A stretch of 63,636 nucleotides of DNA, counting the filler, from Octopus bimaculoides (Eukaryota): assembly GCF_001194135.2 (NCBI RefSeq). It is 5 parts of 5 records of this genome, joined end to end, with 100 filler letters (N's around TTAATTAATTAA, not from the genome) between each part and the next. Parts side by side here need not be neighbours in the genome. Positions count along the whole stretch, not along the records: positions 21,960 to 40,239 come from NC_068986.1; positions 40,340 to 60,381 come from NC_069006.1; 3 more parts are not named here. The stretch is one strand, 5' to 3'. The translations under genes and the position numbers were made by a program. Shown here one piece after another: positions 36,530-49,907 of the stretch. Positions within the stretch are counted from its first letter, which is position 1, and each line of letters starts with the position of its first letter. Below the pieces are notes generated by a model that worked only from the letters and a program-made list of their open reading frames with translations, was not told the DNA's origin and did no database searches.

Positions 36530-38191
36530 GGATAGTTTACGGATATAGCTCACACGCAGAAAGTTTCTCCTTATCAGAAGTCATAATATTCAGTCATAAT
36601 AAGGTTCGTAGATTAAGGTGATCTTCTATATGGGCGTTCATAATTTGCGACCTTAAGGGAGCTTGATTTTGTTTAAATATGAAAATATAAATTCGCAACA
36701 AATTTTGTACATGCTGACGACGTCGTGGTTATTATACTGTCATCTTCTGGGAGTGTGATTAATTCCACTTGCAAGTCTTAAAGTACCTTGCAGGCATCAG
36801 CCAAATGTGGTTGAAAAGCTAGTTTCAACGTAATATCATATTTCTCAAAGTCAGTGAACTTTTCACAGTACTCTTCACTAAATTTATCCAGAACACCTGC
36901 ATATTCTTCAACGGATTCATGGTCATAAATAGTCTTAGCTAAATGGGGAAAGTGTATAGTTGAAATTACATTTTAAAGTTGAAGATTTTTCAAGAAAGAT
37001 AGATTTTTTCGGAAATGCTTCAACTTGTGCCTTATGTCATAAACTGATTTTGTTTTACCTTGCAAATAAATATTCAATTGATTTTGCTTTGACATGATAT
37101 CACAAAGAAATGCAAACACTCTTCTAATAATTTACATTGTTTACTCCGTTCTTCATAAATTTTATTATCTGCCCGCGTAAAGTTAAAACATTTTCTCACA
37201 CCTGTCCTTGCGAGTCAACACACTAGAGTGATACATCATATCCGCACTGCTTACCTCTTAATCCAACCGCAGCATGTTACGAAACTGACGATGCACTGTT
37301 GCACTGACATGGATACTTATGACTTTCGGTGAGGTGTCACATAAAATAGCTTTTGCTAATGCAATATACAACGAAAAGAAATGAGAACATCTGGATCTGA
37401 TACAACTTATTTATCTGAGCAATAAATCCTTCGCGTTTTGCACTCATGGAAAGAGCATTATATGTACATACACTAAATTATCGAAATTCAATCCAACTTC
37501 TTGACATTCATCTTGAAAGTTTGTGAAGATATGTATTCCTCGTGTTCCACCCGTAAGAGTGCACAAAGCCAGTAATTCTTTGTACTAAATGAAATCCTAT
37601 GTTATGGCACGAATGAAATATAAACTTAAGTCGAGTGAGTAGTATCAGTTGACTCATCTAAAGCGACTGAATGTTATACATTTTCCTTTTGATGTATACT
37701 GTGAAGTTGTTCTGTCACTTTCTTACTGCCGATCTGATGTGGTTCTCTTTGAAAGAGATAATTGTTTATAGTTCGAAGGCTTATGCGTGTCTGAGTATCC
37801 TACGACTTCAACAATACACTCTTTCACAATTCCCACATTTCTGAAAGGCTTACCTTTTTCCCCCAATATAGAAGCAACTTCACAAGTTGCTTCTGTGACA
37901 TAATTTTCAGATTTCTCCACAGACTGAAATAGCTGTCTTTGCTTCTGTTTTCCATTTTTTAATAAATTTTATAAATTGCAAACATTCGTGCCTCCTCCTC
38001 TGAATTGAAATATTTATTATGTTTAGGAGTCCTATAGTGCTGATAAGGGTTAAGCGTAAATGCCGTTATCGCAGTATCACAAAGCAAACAAATCGTCTTC
38101 ATTTTCCAAGGCAAAAATCCATACTGCAGTTCAGAATCTTCATCAAAACTCCGTTATCTTCCTGCATCGTGCTCTTGGTCTTTTTTGACAT
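36530..38191 (-). mobile_element. hAT transposase remnant (SPIN/Charlie, GTF2IRD2/EPM2AIP1-like)
   Basis: MSKK...ICLLCDT (zinc finger), TEATCEVASILGEKGKPF..VKECI...LSLSKRT, VALDESTD, LLALCTL.G.TRG..IF, CEFIFSYL.KIK...RSQI.NAHIEDHL. Many frameshifts. Confidence 0.85.
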
Positions 38192-38599
38192 AATTGTTTC
38201 CTGAAAATTAAAAAAAATATACGAGTCTTCTATGATGCTGTTTAATCTAAAGTCACAAACATCACTGTCACAAGTGGACGAAACACTGACATTCCGGAAA
38301 AGCATGCGCCTTTGCAATCTAGCCCGGTTACTAGATAATGCTATTTGCAGTATTATGTTTCTCATTTAGTTTTTAATGCCATTACTAATTTTACTGTCAA
38401 TTTTAGGTATTTAATCAATCATCCATTATAACTGTGAAATAACATCTATCTTCCAAGTCATTTGAGATATTTGGAAAGTGAGTAATACCAGTAGAGCCAT
38501 AGAGCTAACGCAAAGACAGCAATTTCAGTCTGTGAAGAAATCTGCAAATATGTCACAGAAGCAACTTGGATAGGTGTACGTGGGCAGAGAGCAGGTATA

Positions 38600-38960
38600 T
38601 CTGGGAAGATATATCATAGTCTGAGAGTGTAAGATATTATGTATGTATCGAAGTGTTGGTGTGTGTAGAGGTGTTAAGTGGTAATATGGGGGAGGCAAGG
38701 CTGTATGGAGATAGATGTGTGTAAGCGAGAGTTGTGAAGATGTGCTGGGAGGCTGCGTTTGTGTGTTTGGGTACTAAATGTAAGTGGTTGTGTGGTGATG
38801 AGATAAATTTCGCCGATTGGGTGTCGGTCTGAGTTGGGTACGATGGAAGGTACACTGGAAACGAAGGTACATTTGAAAGAAAAAAGAAAAGCAGAGGATT
38901 GTTACGGTGGCCTTGAAGAATACCGGTAGGTGTCAGATGAATGATCGGCGGAACGAAAAG
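38600..38960 (-). mobile_element. Possible degraded LINE RT fragment
   Basis: TPTGILQGHRNNPLLFFFLSNVP resembles GVPQGSxLSPLLFxxYxxDxP. Weak. Confidence 0.3.
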
Positions 38961-40339
38961 TAAATGTGACTTTTAATCAATTTTTTCTTGTAACGGTTTC
39001 TAATAATCATAAAGATCACAGTGTATATAATTAGGAAAAGCAAAACAAAAAGAAACTAAAGGATTGGCTCTGAAACAAGTTTATTACATTAGTTTATTAA
39101 ATGAGTTTATTCTTCATTAGTTTATTGTAAATTGATTTGGAGTTGGTTTTGGTTTTCGATTGGTAAGTTTCTCTATCTATAAAAGTGAAGATATACAAAA
39201 CACTTATTTATATACAGCATAAACAAATATTACCAAATAAAATTGGTGAGAGATGTTAATTATAAAGTTAAGATTTTAATAGAATATAATATAAACCTTT
39301 GCAACTTTACAGTCATTAAACAATACAATTAGAATGCTATGAATTCGATTGCCCAGAGAGGTATGAGACAGAGTAATGGCGCTGACAAAGCAAAACGTGT
39401 CTATTTATTTTTTCGGTTTTATCTATATAGACAAATACAAACAAACGCATAAACAAATATGAAACAGGATCCTTAAGTAGAGACACCCATCTTCATTTAG
39501 ATGTACTGTGAAAAAACCTTCCAAGAGCACTATCCAATGAAATACGTAAATATGGAATACGAATTTATTTTGCGAACTATGAAAGAAAGAAATGTAAAAC
39601 AAGTAACATGAAAAACACGACTCTTCATCAGTTGTTAGCTATTTTACTACTTCATATTTCGAGCATTTCACATCGCGATACGTTTTCGACATAACGGTTG
39701 CTACCGAGAAGCATGTTAAATAAAGTTTGAGATTTTGAGGTGGGTCAAAGTCGGTAACAAAAACAAGGCAGTGAAAACAAACAGGAAGGGCTACTAAGCC
39801 TAGACGAGTTGGGATGTTAAACGCGGAGAAACAAACTCTGACATGAGGCAGGCAAGAATGTGTCCAATCCCTGTGGCTGATAAGAGAGGAAAGAAATTCA
39901 AGGTAGAGAAAGACAGATGGCCGACGGTCACGGGCGTGCAACAAGAGCGTGAAGGCGGAAGAAGGAGAGAGAGAGAGGGAGAGAGGAACAGTGAATGGAT
40001 GAAGGGGGGAGGAAAAGAACGGCAAAGGGGATGGGAAAAGAAAGGATGAGAGAGGAAAAGGAAAGGGAGAGAAGAAGAGATAAAAAGAATAGAGAAAGGA
40101 AGAGAGAAGAAGCGAAAGAGGAGGAAAAGAGACAGAGTCGCATCGGAATTGTAAATATAAATCTTATTTGGAAATGGATTCGTGGCGTTCAATCATATAA
40201 TAATATAAATAATATATAAATATATATATATGTATATATNNNNNNNNNNNNNNNNNNNNNNNNNNNNNNNNNNNNNNNNNNNNTTAATTAATTAANNNNN
40301 NNNNNNNNNNNNNNNNNNNNNNNNNNNNNNNNNNNNNNN

Positions 40340-40930
40340 ACCAACAACACGAACAACAACAAATGCAGCAACATCAACAACACGAGCACCAGAAACGAAA
40401 AGAGGAAAAAGAGAGAAACGAATGTCAACAACCGGTGCGTCGACAAAAAAGAAAAACGTTATTAGTTGTTTAGTATCAAAGCAGAATCCACCGCCACCAT
40501 CACCATCAACACTAGCACCACAACCAACACCATCACCACCAGTACTACCACCATAGCCACAACCACCACAACCACCACCATCTCCATCACTACCGCCACA
40601 ACTACTACGCCACAACCACCATCATCATCACAACAGCCACCATTGCAATCATCCCCACCACCACCCTCACCACCACCACCATCACCACCGCCACCGTAAC
40701 TACCACCACCACCACCACCACCATTATTACCCTCACTATCTTTACTGTCTCTCACCACCACCATCACCACAGCCAACATCGCCATCATCCCCACCACCAT
40801 CGCAAACACTACCACCACCACTACCGCTACAGCTACCATCTCCACCACCACCACTACCACCACAGTCTACTACCATCATCAGTCTACTACCACCACACTA
40901 CTACCATCACCAGTGCTACCAACTCCACCG
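40340..40930 (+). repeat. Cryptic (ACC/ACT/CAA)n trinucleotide block
   Basis: Direct reading. Confidence 0.85.
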
Positions 40931-41036
40931 CAATTATTACAATAGCACCGACACCTCAAAACTCCTGTTGAGGCTTCTAACACGACCAAATCTACGTACC
41001 AAGGATAGGGCTCACTCTCTCCCGTGTCTCATTCAT

Positions 41037-41093
<57 letters not shown>

Positions 41094-41384
41094 TACGTAC
41101 GCACATCCATACATGCATGTACACATACATACGTACAGACATACATGCATGCATACATACGTACGTATATATATACATACATACGTACATACATACGTAT
41201 ATACGTACATACGTACATACATACATGCATGCATGAGTACATACGTATATAAGTTCATACACATATACATACGTTCAAAATCAATTCTTTATTGTTAACA
41301 AATTAGTTAAATATCAAACCAACTAATCGATCGTTTGTTTAATGTTCTGGTTAATCAATCAATCAATGGTTGTTAGTCAGTCCT

Positions 41385-41720
41385 TTCGTCGTCAATAAAC
41401 TGTTTTCCCTGTGAATAATGTCGCAATAATCTGAAAAGATGACAGCCCGATGGGACATGGCCAGAAGAGTAAAGAGGGTGAAGCAAAACTTCCATATTTA
41501 GTACCATAATCTTTTCCTGAGTGACTTGGGCCCATATTTAGTCTTGCATTATCGTGCAAGAGCAACACCCTTTTTATGACTGACCAGTGAAGGGTGCTTT
41601 TTCTGCAACGCCTTTTATGCTTCCGATTGACACGAATACTCCTCCGTATTAACTCTCGCATTTTGGCTCAACACTTCATAATAGACGCTGTGGCCTGGTA
41701 CTTCGTCGACTACCATGACG
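41385..41720 (-). mobile_element. Mariner transposase C-terminal fragment
   Basis: VYYEVL...VN.EEY...HPSLV...RVLLLHDNAR...EVLLHPLYS...VPSGCHLFRLL. Confidence 0.65.
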
Positions 41721-41909
41721 AGTGTTCCAGTTGATCAGAACAATCGAACAGTCTGCTCGTAAACTTAAGAGGTTTGGGTTCGATTCCCCCACGCGTATCA
41801 ATATCTACTCTTTTCCGTCGAGGACTTTTATGCCCCAATGTTTGACATTTCTCTTTGGCCAATACACGGTGAACACTTATAAAGTTAAAGCTTATAATTA
41901 TCATTATTA

Positions 41910-41949
<40 letters not shown>

Positions 41950-42610
41950 TATACACATATATACCAGGTTGAGTTAAAAGTTTTTTTCGGATTTTCATTG
42001 ATGGCTTTTGGTCACTTGTATCTCCATGTTATATCATTAATTTGAAACAACTTGTCCAATCGTTGTTGAATCATTTATTCTTAATTTTAATCATCTCGAC
42101 GGATAAAGCAACAAAAAATATACCCAGAGATGCCCCTATTTTGCACCCAGCAAAAATATACGAAGGTTTGTATGGTCCATAATGAAAATATTAAATGCAA
42201 CTACACAAACAACCATCGCACAAGGGAAATCTATACTAGAACCACGAAAAAATAAATAAATAAAATGAAATACAGAAAAATCATGCAAAATATTTCAAAA
42301 ACACAAAGAGGTTTTTCTGACTCTACCGCAATCTCTCTTCCCCTATTTTCACCATTGTTAAAAGTGGGGAAAGAAAATAATTTTTAATACTAATTCATAA
42401 ATGACTTAAGATTAATCAGTTTTAACATCTCGAGTTATGTTATGGTGAAGAGCTCAGAACGAGGACGAAATGGTACTAGGCACGACGACAGGAAACTTTA
42501 ATAAAAGAAATATATGGAAATAAAGTTATGCCCCTCTCACTCTTTGATAATGATTTCTCAACATAAGTAAAATAAACCTAGAAGCGATTCATTACCCTCA
42601 AGTAGCAACC

Positions 42611-42661
<51 letters not shown>

Positions 42662-42673
42662 CTATCTACCTAC

Positions 42674-42717
<44 letters not shown>

Positions 42718-42980
42718 TCCATCTCTATAAGCAGCAGTTCCCAATGACCTAACCATGTGCAACATACAAACATTAATTGTTTGTTCTTTATTTTACAACT
42801 TAGAAGAAATTACAATTAGAGCCATTTTACGCAACCAGTCGGCGAAAAAGGAAAAAGACTGATTGTATGGGCAGCAGAAAAAGAAATCAACGGTGTGGAA
42901 GGCAAATTGTGACTGGAAATAGATGGGGTTTACACATCTATATAGAGGTTTCTTGTCTAAGGGTATAGTGATGACGAAAA

Positions 42981-43222
42981 TGAGTTGTACCTGTAATTCA
43001 AAAGGGGCCAGCCTTGTCACATTCTGTGTACCTTCAATGTAGTTTGCAGGGAGAGTCAACGTGATACAGAATGTGACAAAGCTGACCCCTTCGAATTACT
43101 GGTACAACTCACTTTTGCGAGCTGAGGGGACTGGAGCAGCGTGAGGTCAAGGCGACACCGCGCCGCCGGGAATCGAACGCACGTCCTTCCGAATATCCTT
43201 ACCAGTAAGCCGCACACCTTCA
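42981..43222 (-). mobile_element. SINE family C head and body with a fold-back inverted duplication
   Basis: Head with GTTCGATTCCC B box at ~43175-43165. Body 43111-43061 is mirrored by 42981-43031. Confidence 0.65.
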
Positions 43223-43299
43223 CAAGACTGGTTATAAGAGGTGCACGTCTTTGGCTAAGAACGTAGCTGTAATGTTTGCATTGAAGCTCCTCTGTGTAC

Positions 43300-43311
43300 A
43301 TCTGTCCACAA

Positions 43312-43344
<33 letters not shown>

Positions 43345-44154
43345 GAGAGGGGGCAGACAGACAGACAGACAGACAGACAGAGGGGGCAGACAGACAGACA
43401 GAGGGAGAGAGAGAGTGGGAAAAGTTAATATCATAATTGAAAAGGTTAGAAAAAAATGAGAGATAGAGAACGAAAGCTGAGGAGAGTTAAAGAGGAGCTG
43501 GAGGAGAAAGAGAGAGAGAGAGAGAGAGAGTGGTACGGAGGAGGGTGAAGAGGAAGGGGAGGAGTGAGGGAGATGGGAAACGGAGAGAGAGGAGATTTTA
43601 TTTAAGTAGCCGGAAATTTTATTCAGTTTAGAGCTGACCAGCTGAGAGAGGAAGGANNNNNNNNNNNNNNNNNNNNNNNNNNNNNNNNNNNNNNNNNNNN
43701 NNNNNNNNNNNNNNNNNNNNNNNNNNNNNNNNNNNNNNNNNNNNNNNNNNNNNNNNNNNNNNNNNNNNNNNNNNNNNNNNNNNNNNNNNNNNNNNNNNNN
43801 NNNNNNNNNNNNNNNNNNNNNNNNNNNNNNNNNNNNNNNNNNNNNNNNNNNNNNNNNNNNNNNNNNNNNNNNNNNNNNNNNNNNNNNNNNNNNNNNNNNN
43901 NNNNNNNNNNNNNNNNNNNNNNNNNNNNNNNNNNNNNNAGGAAGGAAGGAAGGAAGGAAGGAAGGAAGGAAGAAAGAAAGGAAGGAAGGAAGGAAGGAAG
44001 GAAGGAAGGAAGGAAGGAAGGAAGGAAGGGCACAAGGATGATGGAAAGTGGGATAGAGAGAAAGAAAGGCTGATGAAAAGAGAGAGAGGGGGAGAGAAAG
44101 AGATAGGAAATAAGGCTGAGAGAGAGATACAAACAGAGAGAGAGAGAGAGATAC

Positions 44155-44221
<67 letters not shown>

Positions 44222-44350
44222 TAGATGAGGAAATATAAAGACTGCATGAGAGAAAGCGAGTGAAATTTGGACATTTTTAAAGGAAATGAGGTGTTAAAAA
44301 GAGAGAGAGAGAGTGAAATAGAGGGAGAGAGTGAAAGAGAGAGAGAGAGA
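43300..44350 (+). repeat. Purine-rich (GA)n/(GACA)n/(GGAA)n microsatellite block, partly gapped
   Basis: Direct reading. Confidence 0.9.
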
Positions 44351-45489
44351 TTGAAGCAGAATGTGAGTCTCACGGAGAGAAGAGTGTAAAGAGGTGGAGG
44401 TGGGCAAGAATGGAGAGTCGACATAAAAGACCAGTCTAATCCAGTTGGGACATGTAACAGGTGTAAATCTCTTTGAGTGAAACATGTTTGACTAATTAAT
44501 ACTTATCGCAATAACCTTTCACCTGGATTTTTAGATGACTTTTCATCGTCTTTTAGCAACTTTCACTTCGCCTTCTTCAACCCCTTCGCCCTCATCGCTT
44601 TCTCCCCCCCNNNNNNNNNNNNNNNNNNNNNNNNNNNNNNNNNNNNNNNNNNNNNNNNNNNNNNNNNNNNNNNNNNNNNNNNNNNNNNNNNNNNNNNNNN
44701 NNNNNNNNNNNNNNNNNNNNNNNNNNNNNNNNNNNNNNNNNNNNNNNNNNNNNNNNNNNNNNNNNNNNNNNNNNNNNNNNNNNNNNNNNNNNNNNNNNNN
44801 NNNNNNNNNNNNNNNNNNNNNNNNNNNNNNNNNNNNNNNNNNNNNNNNNNNNNNNNNNNNNNNNNNNNNNNNNNNNNNNNNNNNNNNNNNNNNNNNNNNN
44901 NNNNNNNNNNNNNNNNNNNNNNNNNNNNNNNNNNNNNNNNNNNNNNNNNNNNNNNNNNNNNNNNNNNNNNNNNNNNNNNNNNNNNNNNNNNNNNNNNNNN
45001 NNNNNNNNNNNNNNNNNNNNNNNNNNNNNNNNNNNNNNNNNNNNNNNNNNNNNNNNNNNNNNNNNNNNNNNNNNNNNNNNNNNNNNNNNNNNNNNNNNNN
45101 NNNNNNNNNNNNNNNNNNNNNNNNNNNNNNNNNNNNNNNNNNNNNNNNNNNNNNNNNNNNNNNNNNNNNNNNNNNNNNNNNNNNNNNNNNNNNNNNNNNN
45201 NNNNNNNNNNNNNNNNNNNNNNNNNNNNNNNNNNNNNNNNNNNNNNNNNNNNNNNNNNNNNNNNNNNNNNNNNNNNNNNNNNNNNNNNNNNNNNNNNNNN
45301 NNNNNNNNNNNNNNNNNNNNNNNNNNNNNNNNNNNNNNNNNNNNNNNNNNNNNNNNNNNNNNNNNNNNNNNNNNNNNNNNNNNNNNNNNNNNNNNNNNNN
45401 NNNNNNNNNNNNNNNNNNNNNNNNNNNNNNNNNNNNNNNNNNNNNNNNNNNNNNNNNNNNNNNNNNNNNNNNNNNNNNNNNNNNNNNNT

Positions 45490-45887
45490 AATATCGACCA
45501 CAGTGCTCGACTGGTACTTTATTTCATCGACCCTAAAAAGGATAAAAGACAAAGCTGACCTCGGCGGAATTTGAACTTAGAACGTAAGGACAGATGAAAT
45601 GCTGCTAAGCATTTCGCCCGGCGTGCTAACGAGTCTGCCAGCTCACCGCCTTAAATAATAATAATAATAATCCTTTCTGCTAAAGGCACAAAGCCTGAAA
45701 TTGTGGGGACGGGGGACTAGTCGATTACATCGACCCCAGTGTTTCAATGGTACTTAATATATCGACCCCGAAAGGATGAAAGGCAAAGTCGACCTCGGCG
45801 GAATTTGAACTTTGAACCTAAGGACGGACGAAATGCCGCTAAGCATTTCGTCCAGCGTGCTAATGGTTCTGCCAGCTCACCGCCTTT
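45490..45887 (-). mobile_element. Two head-to-tail SINE family A copies (45490-45652 and 45671-45887) separated by (AAT)n
   Basis: Each copy ends in CTGCCAGCTCACCGCC (reverse complement of the head) and contains the core. Confidence 0.88.
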
Positions 45888-45929
45888 ACCCATTAGAAAT
45901 AATGATGATAACCCGACTAAGCTTTGAAC

Positions 45930-47000
45930 ACAGACAGTAATTCCTAAAGTGCAGCAAATGGAAGTTTGAGACCACAAATGGAGAGCTAAAACAGGTTAGA
46001 AGGAATTTTCAGACAGGTCTACGCATGCAGTCTTACCATAATTTGAAATAGAGATAAGTTTGAATGAGATGGAACTGTTCAGAATGGCTGTAATTGGTGA
46101 AGTCTACAAAGCATTGATGAATTCCAGAAAAGGCAGCAGAAGTGTATTGCCAGAGTTTAAGAAAATTTGTATTCTGCAAGAATGCCATGAGATAGGAATT
46201 TCAAAAGCAAGCATCAATTGCATTTTAAAGTTCGGTCATTGGAAAAGTCATATTCCAAGAATAATCCAAACTCTTAAAGAAGATAATCCAGATCAAAGAG
46301 CGGTATTTGGCAAGATGTTTAGACAATGCACACTTTCCTACAAAGACCGTTTGAAGTGATGAGACAATATTTTTATATTAAATGGCCCAATTAAGTTCCA
46401 CAGTGGCACCCACTGGGGACCTAAGAATTAGCATATTATAGAGGGACATCGTGTTAATTTCCCATGAGTTACAGTAGAGTGTGAATTATCATCAAAAGGA
46501 TGTAAATGGACCATTCTTTTTTGAGGATACTGTGACTGTTGCCCTTTATTTGAAATTAATTTGACAATCTGTCATGCTAAGATTTCAAAAGAACTTTGCT
46601 GTCCAATTTTGTTTCCGACAAGATGTGGCTCTCTCACACTACCGTAATAATGTAAGGGTCTACTTTGATAAGATTTTGCCAAACACGTTGATTGCACACG
46701 CAAGACCTCACAGTACAGGCCTCTGTTTTTTTAATGGGGATACTTGAAAAAAAAAAAGAAAGTTTAAGATACAAAACCAACAACAGTCGACGAATTGAGG
46801 GCAGACATTGAACAAGAATGTGCCAAAATAATGAACGAAATGTTTCTTGAAGTTTCTGATTTCATTGTTTCACATTTATCAGCAGCGCCTGAACCAGAAC
46901 AGTCATCAGTCTGAAAACAGGTATTCATAAAAGATTTATTTCTGCATGTAGATTCTATTGAATTTTGAAAATGAAACGAATTTTTATAAATACATATATA
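45930..47000 (+). mobile_element. Tc1/mariner-superfamily transposon remnant, rosa/DD41D-like
   Basis: EIGISKASINCILK..HWKSHIPRIIQTLKEDNPDQR, GPFFFEDTVT, QD.ALSHY..NVR.YFD, F.MGIL...KPTTVDELRADIEQECAKI. Frameshifted. Confidence 0.75.
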
Positions 47001-47009
47001 TTGAGATTA

Positions 47010-47520
47010 TGAGAGGTAACGGTTTCAAGAAGACCCAAAGGTGACAGGTAATGCTGAGTAAGTGCTATGGACAGACTATAGTTAAGCTCCAGGTTCGGTG
47101 ATTATGCGAATGAGGAGTCCAACGTAGGTCATATATATAAAAAATTAACAGAATGAGATAAAAATCCAAGGCTGTGAAAGATTTCAGAACATTTATAAAG
47201 AGAAGGTCTTACAGCTGGTTCCGGGATATTTTATATATCCCTTCATCGGAGACGGTGTGAGAAAATGGTTAAGCAATAATTATTCTAGAAAAGATATGAA
47301 ATAGAGAGTAAAGTGGAGGAATGAAAACAGACGTGAGATATGTAGGGATATTGTATCTGCAGTTCCATTATTTAGGCAGAATGGTATACATGTAAGTTCC
47401 GTGTACCTCGTGTGTAAGTTCCAGAAGTATTTAAAATTGGTCACTCCAAGCATAGAGTTTGTAAACCGTGTTATTGGATCGAGGTGTTTTTGAAGTAAAA
47501 AAAAATTTTGAAGTCAAAAA
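47010..47520 (-). mobile_element. Probable Penelope-like 3' terminal region
   Basis: Contains a decayed minimal hammerhead at 47206-47253; the assignment rests mainly on that motif. Confidence 0.45.
47206..47253 (-). ncRNA. Decayed minimal type I hammerhead motif
   Basis: GUCU CCGAUGA A GGGAUAU AUAAA AUAUCCC G GAAC CAGCU GUA AGAC. Stem I GUCU/AGAC and 7-bp stem II are perfect; core changes U4C and A15.1C. Confidence 0.6.
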
Positions 47521-47758
47521 ATTGATAATAATATACATATGTATATACTTATATCAAGGGACCGAGGGCGAAAACGACTTATCTCCAGCATGCTTGAAGT
47601 GTCAATACCTTCAAAAAACTAGCAAAAAAAAACCCAGATAAATATACACATGTATATTATTATTAATTTAATGTATAAATTACCAATAAATTTTGATAGC
47701 ATGCTGACTACCTGATAAAATCCATTAACGTGATTCTTAGCCTAATATTATATATATA

Positions 47759-47818
<60 letters not shown>

Positions 47819-49316
47819 TGTGTGTGTGTATATATGTGTGTGTGTGTGTGTGTATATATGTGTGTGTGTGTGTTTGTATGTCTGTGTTTCTCCACTACCA
47901 TCACTTGACAACCGATGCTGGCGTGTTTACGTACTCGTAACTTAGCGGTTCGGNNNNNNNNNNNNNNNNNNNNNNNNNNNNNNNNNNNNNNNNNNNNNNN
48001 NNNNNNNNNNNNNNNNNNNNNNNNNNNNNNNNNNNNNNNNNNNNNNNNNNNNNNNNNNNNNNNNNNNNNNNNNNNNNNNNNNNNNNNNNNNNNNNNNNNN
48101 NNNNNNNNNNNNNNNNNNNNNNNNNNNNNNNNNNNNNNNNNNNNNNNNNNNNNNNNNNNNNNNNNNNNNNNNNNNNNNNNNNNNNNNNNNNNNNNNNNNN
48201 NNNNNNNNNNNNNNNNNNNNNNNNNNNNNNNNNNNNNNNNNNNNNNNNNNNNNNNNNNNNNNNNNNNNNNNNNNNNNNNNNNNNNNNNNNNNNNNNNNNN
48301 NNNNNNNNNNNNNNNNNNNNNNNNNNNNNNNNNNNNNNNNNNNNNNNNNNNNNNNNNNNNNNNNNNNNNNNNNNNNNNATTAATAATCGATATCTAAATA
48401 TTGTTGAAATAAAGTGTTGCCAATGGTTGACGTTGTTACATTTGCTAATTCGTTGAATGTTTTGTTTTCATTGCACCGTTTTGCTCTTATCGTTTGTTTT
48501 TGTTTGCTTAGCTTATTCTTATTTTATATTTTTTATCGCTCTCCTGTTATTATCTCTCATTGACTGATTCGAGGAATGTTCCGTCTCCTCTGCTTGCCAT
48601 ACCTTTTTGTTTGTTTTGCTTCTTCGCTTGTTGTTTTTTTTTTTTTGTTATTTTTTAAATTCTCTACCCCTACATGGCTTTCCATTGGCTAATTTTGTAG
48701 CAATTCTCTCTACGCTTCTCAGTTTCCCTAATCGTATCCTGTTCTTCCTAAAGTTCTATATTTATTCATTGCTTTTCGTTAGAAAACTGATTGCATACAT
48801 CTACATATCGAATACGTCGTCATATCCGTTTTGAAGCTGTTATTTATTAGTCGCTTGTAAGTTCCAATATGATGCATGTCTTTATCTTATTTTCAACAAT
48901 ACCGACAACGCTCTTCCCCATCATTATCTCTCTTCTCTTCTCCACGTCTTTCGGATCTTATCAGCCCTAAACTACCGCAGCTACAACCGTTAACGACGCA
49001 GCACATGCTCCTTATTGTATATCCACCATGCTGTTTTGGTTATGGCTATATATGACTGTATTGGGCTATACGTGTGTACACGTCTCTCTATATTCTTCTA
49101 TATACATTCGTATTTGAAAAAATGTGTATATAGCATGCGTGTGTCAACACATGAATATGTGTGCGTGCGCGTGTGTTTGTTTCGTGCATTATAATACGAA
49201 TGTATGCTTGTAAATGTAGATATATACATGTTTTGTCCTATGCACATGTATACACGTATGTATATCAGTTCGTCCGAAAGCATGTGTATACATTCGCTTA
49301 CAGCTATAACTCTGTG

Positions 49317-49376
<60 letters not shown>

Positions 49377-49417
49377 NNNNNNNNNNNNNNNNNNNNNNNN
49401 NNNNNNNNNNNNNNNNN

Positions 49418-49460
<43 letters not shown>

Positions 49461-49747
49461 AACACACATCCAGACATCTATGTGTGTATATATGTATACA
49501 GACAGGGAAATGTGTGTGCGACCGTCCTTGTGTGTACAAATATTTATATATTTATATATATACACATACACATATGCATCAACATTTTAATATATACACG
49601 GACGTACACAAACGGTGCGCATGATGCCTCTAATAACACGTTTCTCGTGAATATTCAACGAATTCTCTCAATAGAAGCCAACTAATCTACTTTACAGGAG
49701 GTCACTAATCCCCACTACACACACACACACACACATACATGAATGTA

Positions 49748-49783
<36 letters not shown>

Positions 49784-49856
49784 CATATATATGCATATAT
49801 ACACACACATATATATATATACATATATATACATATATATACATATATATACATAT

Positions 49857-49907
<51 letters not shown>

